DNA of 35,275 nt. Source: a virus (Duplodnaviria; Caudoviricetes). The notes beneath the pieces are model-generated. The model ran no database searches and was not told the DNA's origin. It saw only the letters and a list, made by a program, of their open reading frames with translations. Location: IMG/VR virus record IMGVR_UViG_3300013093_002697, positions 1-35,275 of that record. One strand, given 5' to 3'. This document shows, one piece after another, positions 28,912-35,275 of the stretch (within the stretch, counting starts at the first letter, position 1; every line of letters starts with the position of its first letter). The translations under genes and the position numbers were made by a program.

Positions 28912-29759
28912 GAGAAAAAATTGGAATAGGTATAATAACCTGTGATAGACCTGACTATCTCAAAGATCTCTTGGCCTCTATTGATTTGGATAGAGTTGAT
29001 GAGATCGTAATTGTTGATGATGGTAAGGTTCCTGCTGATTTTGACAAAACTAAATACACTCTTTTTAAGACATCAGGAAGAATAGGTGTAGGTAAGGCTA
29101 AAAATATAGCCCTAAGACATCTCATGAGCAAGAATTGTCCTCATATTTTTATTCTTGAGGACGATTGTATCATTACAAACAATGATATCTTTAAAAAATA
29201 CATAGAAACAGCAAAGGTTACGGGTTTAAAGCATTTTAACTTTGGTCCAGCTAGTCCTTGGAATAGAGTACAGAAAAATCCTGAAATTATTGGAGACCTT
29301 TCCAAGCGTGGAGAAGCTTCTCAGCTTGGAGAACCCAATCCTAAACTTGTTGTGCGATATAATGATGATGTTTCCATATCTTTGTTTGAACACATTGTTG
29401 CAATGTTCGCTTATTATCATATTTCAGCATTAGAAGACGTTGGATTAATGGATGAGGATTTCTACAATGCATGGGAACACGTTGAACATACACTAAGAAT
29501 CATCAATAATGGTGATTACACACCGTTCTGGTCTTTTGCTGACATAACTGGAGCAGAAAACTATATAAAGGAACAAGAAAACGAAAAGGCCAATACATCT
29601 TTAGCTAAGAATGAAGAAGAATTCATGAAGAGAGTTAATGATGGATTGAATATTTTTTATAAAAAACACAAAACAGTTCCCTCTATGATTGCTCCTACTC
29701 CAAATGAGCAAATAAAACCCATTCTTAAAAAGATTTATGGAAGAAACAAAAATAATTGA
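28908..29759 (+). CDS. GT2-family glycosyltransferase
   Basis: IGIITCDRP, IVIVDDG, GVGKAKN, FILEDD, VGLMDEDF...EHVE. Confidence 0.88.
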   Translation: MREKIGIGIITCDRPDYLKDLLASIDLDRVDEIVIVDDGKVPADFDKTKYTLFKTSGRIGVGKAKNIALRHLMSKNCPHIFILEDDCIITNNDIFKKYIETAKVTGLKHFNFGPASPWNRVQKNPEIIGDLSKRGEASQLGEPNPKLVVRYNDDVSISLFEHIVAMFAYYHISALEDVGLMDEDFYNAWEHVEHTLRIINNGDYTPFWSFADITGAENYIKEQENEKANTSLAKNEEEFMKRVNDGLNIFYKKHKTVPSMIAPTPNEQIKPILKKIYGRNKNN

Positions 29760-30336
29760 CGAAAGAATAGCTCTGACTCAGTGTGAATCAGAGTTTGAAG
29801 CCCTTTTATCTCAGTATATTGAGTTAAAAGCTAAAAACGTATTAGAGATAGGATCATATTTTGGTTCATCTCTTCATCATTGGCTTTATTATAGTTCTGA
29901 AGGTGCTAGAGTAATCAGTGTAGATCTGCCTATTAAGGAATTTTGTGGATCACAAGACCCAAGAGTGCCTATTCAAGAGTTTGCAATTCAAACTGAATGG
30001 AGACTTTGGACAAAAAGAAACAAGAATAAGCTTCATCTTATCCAAGCAGCATCACAATTGGATACAACCAAGGCTGAAGTAGTAAAATTATTGAATGGTG
30101 AGCTATTAGATTTCCTTTTCATTGATGGTAATCATATGCTGGAAGCAGTTACAAAAGATTTTGAGATGTATTCTGGCTTGGTTAGAGCAGGAGGAATAGT
30201 AGCACTCCATGATATAGGCAAAGCAGAAGAAGGTGGTGTTCATATTCTGTGGGAAAAGCTTAAAAAGACACATAAAACCATAGAATTACTTCATCATCCT
30301 AAATCAGAAAAGGGGATTGGAATAATATTGATATAA
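29737..30336 (+). CDS. Class I SAM-dependent methyltransferase (Methyltransf_24-like)
   Basis: VLEIGSYFGSS, FLFIDGNH, GGIVALHD. Confidence 0.88.
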   Translation: MEETKIIDERIALTQCESEFEALLSQYIELKAKNVLEIGSYFGSSLHHWLYYSSEGARVISVDLPIKEFCGSQDPRVPIQEFAIQTEWRLWTKRNKNKLHLIQAASQLDTTKAEVVKLLNGELLDFLFIDGNHMLEAVTKDFEMYSGLVRAGGIVALHDIGKAEEGGVHILWEKLKKTHKTIELLHHPKSEKGIGIILI

Positions 30337-31160
30337 TGATAACTTTTTTTGCACATTTAAGAATAGATTGCCAAGATAGATTAAGGAATCTTCAAACTAT
30401 CTTGAATTATTATTCAAACGAATTTCCTGATGCCAAGTTTATCTTCGTTGAAGACGATAAACAACATTGCAAAGAGCTAAATCCTCCAAACATAAGATAC
30501 CCCAAGGGTAGAACTTCTATCATGTTCATGGAGAATGATGGTCCTTGGCACAAAACAAGAGCTTTAAACTATGCAGCAAAGAGTGCTAAGACTGATATAA
30601 TCATCCAATTAGATATAGATTGTATCTTTAGTGCTTCTGCCATTAAAAAATGTGTAGAAGAGTTAGAAAAAAATCCCGATTTGCACTATGGGTTTCCATA
30701 TAATGGTTATGTAATAGATTTGAACTATAACTACCATGATATATTCATACTATCTGGTTATGAATATAATGTTTTATTGGATGGATTACCTTCAAAGAAT
30801 CTTCCTTTATCATATGCAGATAATAATCTTCTAGTTAGATGTACTTCTGACCAACATTTAGGAGTTGGGGGCATGGTAGTCTTCAAAAGAAAAGAATACT
30901 GTGAAAATGGTGGATATAATCCTAATTTTGTATGTTGGGGAGGAGATGATAACGAGATAGATAAAAGATTTATAAAATTAGGACTAAACAGTTATCGTGT
31001 GACTGATGAAGAAGCTATTTGTTTTCATCTTCCACATAAAAATGCTATAAGATTTGAAAATCCTTACTATAATCACAACTATAGTGAGTTGGATAAGGTA
31101 GAAAAAATGAATAAAGAAGAATTAAAATCATATATTTCCACTTGGAAATGTTGTGATTGA
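30336..31160 (+). CDS. GT-A glycosyltransferase with a GT7-type (galactosyltransferase) C-terminal motif
   Basis: WHKTRALN, LDID, GGYNPNFVCWGGDDNE, FHLPH. Confidence 0.85.
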   Translation: MITFFAHLRIDCQDRLRNLQTILNYYSNEFPDAKFIFVEDDKQHCKELNPPNIRYPKGRTSIMFMENDGPWHKTRALNYAAKSAKTDIIIQLDIDCIFSASAIKKCVEELEKNPDLHYGFPYNGYVIDLNYNYHDIFILSGYEYNVLLDGLPSKNLPLSYADNNLLVRCTSDQHLGVGGMVVFKRKEYCENGGYNPNFVCWGGDDNEIDKRFIKLGLNSYRVTDEEAICFHLPHKNAIRFENPYYNHNYSELDKVEKMNKEELKSYISTWKCCD

Positions 31161-31177
31161 TTTTAAATAGTAAAAAT

Positions 31178-31723
31178 ATGCATAAAAGATTATCAATCTT
31201 GACTGTTACTCTAGAAAGTAGGAAACAAGTCTTTCAAAATTTAGCAAAAGCATTAAGATCTCAGGCAAATTCTTCAGTAGAAATGCTTGCTAATAGTGAC
31301 AATGGAGAAAAGACCATTGGACAAAAAAGAAACGAGCTTTTACAGGCTGCTAGAGGTGATTATGTCGTTTTTGTAGATGATGATGACATGGTTTCTCCGT
31401 TCTATACATATGGAATTCTTAAAGCTATAGAATCCAATCCTGATTGTTGTGGTATAGAAGGTATCATCACCATGAGAAATGTTGGTCCTAAGAAGTTTAT
31501 ACATTCTTTACAATATGATGAATGGTTTGAAAAGGATGAAATATATTTTCGCTGCCCAAATCATTTAAATCCTATCAAAAGAGAAATAGCATTAGAAGCA
31601 GGTTTCCCTGAAAAGTCTTGGCAAGAAGATCAAGACTTTTCTTACAGACTAAAAGGTAAATTAAAAACTGAAGTTTATATCAAAGGACCAATTTACTTTT
31701 ATTACCCATCACATATAGAATGA
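31178..31723 (+). CDS. GT2-family glycosyltransferase
   Basis: ATG at 31178 preferred. LSILT, IGQKRNELL, YVVFVDDDD, EDQDF. Confidence 0.85.
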   Translation: MHKRLSILTVTLESRKQVFQNLAKALRSQANSSVEMLANSDNGEKTIGQKRNELLQAARGDYVVFVDDDDMVSPFYTYGILKAIESNPDCCGIEGIITMRNVGPKKFIHSLQYDEWFEKDEIYFRCPNHLNPIKREIALEAGFPEKSWQEDQDFSYRLKGKLKTEVYIKGPIYFYYPSHIE

Positions 31724-32976
31724 AAATATTAATAAAATTCCCAACAAGAGGTAGACCTGATAAATTTTTTGCTGTATTAGAACGATATATAGCAATGGCT
31801 GATGATGTTTCGAAGATTGCCTTCCTAATCACTGCTGATGAGGATGATGCAACCATGAATAATCCATCGGTTATTGAAAAATTAGAAAAAGTTAAGAAGA
31901 AATACAAATTAGCATATAACTTTGGTCATAGTAAAACAAAAATACAAGCTGTAAATGCTGATATGGAAAAAGTATCAGGTTGGGATATAGTTTTACTTGC
32001 TTCTGATGACATGATTCCTGTATTCAAGGGATATGACTCTATTATTAGAGATGATATGAAAGAATATTTCAGAGATACTGATGGTGTTCTCTGGTATAAT
32101 GATGGTGGACAGAACAATATTAATACTCTTTGTATTTTAGGTAAAAAATATTATGACCGTTTTGGTTACATTTATCATCCTGACTATATTAGTCTTTGGT
32201 GTGATAATGAATTCACAGATGTTTCTAGAATTTTAAATCGTGTTTATAAATCTGATAAAATAATCATCGAACATCAACATCCTGTTTATCAAAAAACCAC
32301 TTATGATGAACTTTATGTTAAAAATGAAAGTTATTATAATGTAGATCATGAAACTTATGATAAAAGAAGTGCTATTGGATTTGATTTGGACTTAAATGTT
32401 CCTATACTTTCAATTCTAACCCCTTCTGTTCCTGAAAGAATCGATTCACACCTCAAGAAATTGATGGATAAATTGAAAAAACAAATAGGAGACAAGAGAG
32501 TTGAGCATCTTGTGTTCTTGGACAACAGAAAAAGAAGCATTGGATATAAAAGAGAAGCCCTTGTAGAAATTGCAAAGGGAAAATACATGGCATTTGTCGA
32601 TGATGACGATGATGTATCAGATGATTATATAGATTCTCTATTAGAAGCCATTAAGAGTAATGCTGATGTTATCACTTTTAAACAGAAGTGTCTTGTAAAT
32701 GACAATTTACCATCTGTTATAAACTTTTCTTTAAAAAACAAAGTCAATCAGGAGTATTTTCCTAATGTTATTATTCAAAGAATGCCGTTCCATGTGTGTG
32801 CATGGAAGTCAGATATTGCTAAAAAGTATAAATTCACAGATAAAAACTATTCAGAAGATTGGTTTTGGTCACAGCAATTGATAAAAGAAGCAAAAACAGA
32901 ATATCATATAGATAAAATTATACACACTTATATCTATAGAGATGATACAACAACAACTCCAATAGGAAAACAATAA
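31720..32976 (+). CDS. Two-domain glycosyltransferase (GT-A + GT2)
   Basis: N-domain FPTRGRP, LLASDDM, YHPDYISLWCDNE, EHQHP; C-domain LSILT, IGYKR, FVDDDDD, SEDW, paralogous to the preceding gene. Confidence 0.85.
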   Translation: MKILIKFPTRGRPDKFFAVLERYIAMADDVSKIAFLITADEDDATMNNPSVIEKLEKVKKKYKLAYNFGHSKTKIQAVNADMEKVSGWDIVLLASDDMIPVFKGYDSIIRDDMKEYFRDTDGVLWYNDGGQNNINTLCILGKKYYDRFGYIYHPDYISLWCDNEFTDVSRILNRVYKSDKIIIEHQHPVYQKTTYDELYVKNESYYNVDHETYDKRSAIGFDLDLNVPILSILTPSVPERIDSHLKKLMDKLKKQIGDKRVEHLVFLDNRKRSIGYKREALVEIAKGKYMAFVDDDDDVSDDYIDSLLEAIKSNADVITFKQKCLVNDNLPSVINFSLKNKVNQEYFPNVIIQRMPFHVCAWKSDIAKKYKFTDKNYSEDWFWSQQLIKEAKTEYHIDKIIHTYIYRDDTTTTPIGKQ

Positions 32977-33785
32977 TGGACCTGTTTAATTCTAGATATG
33001 ATGCTGATACTAAAACTCTTGTGGGTACACACATGTCTGGTTTTTATTCTTGTATTAACTGTTTAAGAATATCTTTATATAAATTGATTTCTAAAGGCAT
33101 AGTTCCAGAGAAAATATCTTTGGCAGAGACTTTAGATTGGTACAAATCACAATATGGACAGGATTTGTATCCAATTTTATACAAAACTGATCTTTCAAAG
33201 GTTCCAGAACTTAATACTAATTTTGATTTTGAAATATTTTGCCCAACAGCACTGAGACATGACAAATTAGATTTAAAAAACTTTACTCCAATTGAAAATG
33301 TTTACTTTCAACCTTCTTTAAGTGTTGAATTGACTACAAAATTGTTGGAAACAAAGTATTCTATAGACCATTCGAATACAATAGTCATATTACATAGAGG
33401 AAATGACAAATGGAAAGAGACTAAACTATCTCCAGTAGAAGATTGGATAAGAGTTGTCGAATCAAAATACAAAGAAGGTGACAGGATTCTTGTTCAAACT
33501 GATGAAGAAAGAGCAAAAACATTATTTGTAAATCATTTTGGTGATCGTTGTTTTGTTTTAGAAGAAATGATTTTTGGAAATTCACACGATACAAACATAA
33601 GACCTGCTAATAACAGAGAACAATGGGCTATTTTCTTTGAAAGTGTCATGAGAATTATTGCAAAATGCAAATATATAATAAACCATAGTGGTAATTGTGC
33701 TATGATTCCTGTAATATACAGAGGAAACCTAAAAGGAAATATTCAATTCTTTAATGAAGAGGTATTTCAATACGAAAAGGATTGA
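32976..33785 (+). CDS. Fucosyltransferase-like GT-B protein (NodZ/GT23-like)
   Basis: GFYS, LHRGNDKWKE (cf. HxRxTDK), ILVQTDE, AKCKYIINHSGN. Confidence 0.6.
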   Translation: MDLFNSRYDADTKTLVGTHMSGFYSCINCLRISLYKLISKGIVPEKISLAETLDWYKSQYGQDLYPILYKTDLSKVPELNTNFDFEIFCPTALRHDKLDLKNFTPIENVYFQPSLSVELTTKLLETKYSIDHSNTIVILHRGNDKWKETKLSPVEDWIRVVESKYKEGDRILVQTDEERAKTLFVNHFGDRCFVLEEMIFGNSHDTNIRPANNREQWAIFFESVMRIIAKCKYIINHSGNCAMIPVIYRGNLKGNIQFFNEEVFQYEKD

Positions 33786-33810
33786 TTTTTAAACTATTCT
33801 GTGGTATAAC
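33782..33810 (+). promoter_or_regulatory. Sigma70 promoter TTGATT-N17-TATAAC with extended -10 TG, for gp46
   Basis: TTGATT tttaaactattctgTGg TATAAC tatagata GTG. Confidence 0.75.
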
Positions 33811-33818
33811 TATAGATA

Positions 33819-35275
33819 GTGAAAAAAGTAAATTTTAAAAAGTTAGTAGTTAAGAATTTTCTCTCTATCGGAGAGAAAGAATTAGTATTGGATTTCAATA
33901 CTGGAATCTCTTTGATTACTGGAGAAAATAAAGACAATGGTGGAAGAAATGGAGTGGGTAAAAGTTCTTTGATCGAATCAATTTATTGGTCTTTGTTTGG
34001 AAATACTATAAGAGATATTAAAAAAGACAAAGTTATTCACAATCAAGGTAAAAAAACTTGTTCTGTTACCTTATTTTTTGATGTTCTGAAAGGAACAGAT
34101 AAAGAAAGTTACAAGCTAGTACGCACACTAGAGCCAAATAAGGTTTCTTTGTTTAGAGATGATGAAGATATCACTCTTTCTACTATGCCAAAGACTGATG
34201 AATTGATAAAACAAATCATTGGAGCTAATGAAGAAGTGTTTCAGAATGCAGTTATCATGACTGCAAACAATACTATGCCTTTTATGGCACAGAAAAAGAT
34301 AGATAAGAGAAAATTTGTAGAAGGAATTCTTAATCTTGGAATCTTTGGAGAAATGTTATTAAAGGTTCGTTCGGATTTGAATGCTTCCAAGAAAGAAAAT
34401 GATCTTTTGGCTAAGGATTTCTCAAATGAGAATCGTGTTCTTACCTTTCTAAAGGAGAGTAAGGACAATTTTGATGATAACAAAAAGGAAAGAATAGAAA
34501 ACATCAATAAAAGAATTAAAATAACTCAACAAGATTTGGATTTGTTGAAAAATAAAAACATTCCAGATGTTTCTTCACTCAAAGCTGATATTGAAAAGAA
34601 TGAAAAGAAAATTAAAAAGCTTAGAGAGACTCTTACTGAAACAAATAAAGAGATTGTTGAATTTGGTAACATAAAGTCTGATGCACTCAACCTTATAAAC
34701 CAAGCAAAAAGAGAGAAGCAAAAGATTTTAGACAAGGGAAACACTTGCCCAACTTGTAACAGACAATACTGTGAAGAGGATATTGAATACATTAACAAAG
34801 AAATTCAAAAATTGGATGACATAATCAACACCAATCAACCAATTTATGATGAAAATAAAAAATTTGGTGATGAGAAAACAAATTTTGCAGGAAAGATAAC
34901 GGATTCTATTTCAGAATTGGAAAGAGAGAATAGGGATTATAAAGAAGAAATATCAAATTCATCTTTACACGAACAAAAGATCAAAACTTTATTGGAAAAG
35001 ATAGAAGAATATAAAGAAAACATCGAAGAGATTGAACAAGAATCCTTTAAAGATGATTCTAAAATAGAAAATGCAGAAGAATCCATCGAGAAGATTTCAA
35101 AAGAATTAGAAGATCTTCAGAATAAGATTTTTATCTTCGATACTTCAAAGTTTGTTGTATCAGAAGAAGGTGTAAAAACTTTCATAGTAAAGAAAATGCT
35201 TTCTGTTTTGAATTCTCAACTTAATTTTTATCTTAAGACTTTGGAAGCTCCTTGTACTTGTAAGTTTGATGAAAC
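33819..35275 (+). CDS. gp46: Rad50/SbcC-like recombination ATPase subunit (3'-partial)
   Basis: Absent from the ORF track. GTG at 33819, KNFLSIG, Walker A GRNGVGKSS, coiled coil, Zn-hook CPTC at 34746, open to the window end. Confidence 0.93.
   Translation, partial: MKKVNFKKLVVKNFLSIGEKELVLDFNTGISLITGENKDNGGRNGVGKSSLIESIYWSLFGNTIRDIKKDKVIHNQGKKTCSVTLFFDVLKGTDKESYKLVRTLEPNKVSLFRDDEDITLSTMPKTDELIKQIIGANEEVFQNAVIMTANNTMPFMAQKKIDKRKFVEGILNLGIFGEMLLKVRSDLNASKKENDLLAKDFSNENRVLTFLKESKDNFDDNKKERIENINKRIKITQQDLDLLKNKNIPDVSSLKADIEKNEKKIKKLRETLTETNKEIVEFGNIKSDALNLINQAKREKQKILDKGNTCPTCNRQYCEEDIEYINKEIQKLDDIINTNQPIYDENKKFGDEKTNFAGKITDSISELERENRDYKEEISNSSLHEQKIKTLLEKIEEYKENIEEIEQESFKDDSKIENAEESIEKISKELEDLQNKIFIFDTSKFVVSEEGVKTFIVKKMLSVLNSQLNFYLKTLEAPCTCKFDE

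Noticed and set aside
34241-34798. Two minus-strand ORFs near the right end
   Set aside because: Antisense to the gp46 coiled-coil region.
1-35275. Alternative genetic code (stop-codon reassignment), tRNAs, DGR or retron elements
   Set aside because: Core genes are full length and tile the window in the standard code; no reverse transcriptase, tRNA-like or long non-coding segment was seen.

Overview
AT-rich, gene-dense segment of a large T4-like (Tevenvirinae-type gene content) tailed phage, read in the standard code; host unknown. The left part (1-14.7 kb, minus strand) is a virion module: a partial LamG/beta-helix fibre gene that the ORF track misses, a 1475-aa fibre, portal gp20, a protein with a (Pro-Thr)~117 linker, a 682-695-aa LamG protein and tail completion gp15. 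The middle (14.7-24.6 kb) holds a DinG-type helicase, a GroES-like protein, a gp62-like protein, a glycosyltransferase, primase gp61, a P-loop kinase, a GIY-YIG nuclease and small orphans. The right part (24.6-35.3 kb, plus strand) runs uvsY-uvsW-55-47-[seven-gene glycosyl/methyltransferase cassette]-46 (partial). The most striking observation is that two putative virion proteins end in paralogous arylsulfotransferase (ASST)-like domains with all four catalytic motifs present. They sit near a mucin-like PT stalk and a glycan-synthesis cassette that includes an active/pseudo GT pair, which suggests a phage glycan/sulfate-editing or virion-glycosylation system. Promoter placement suggests largely leaderless translation. 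All family calls come from motif recognition by eye; no searches were run.
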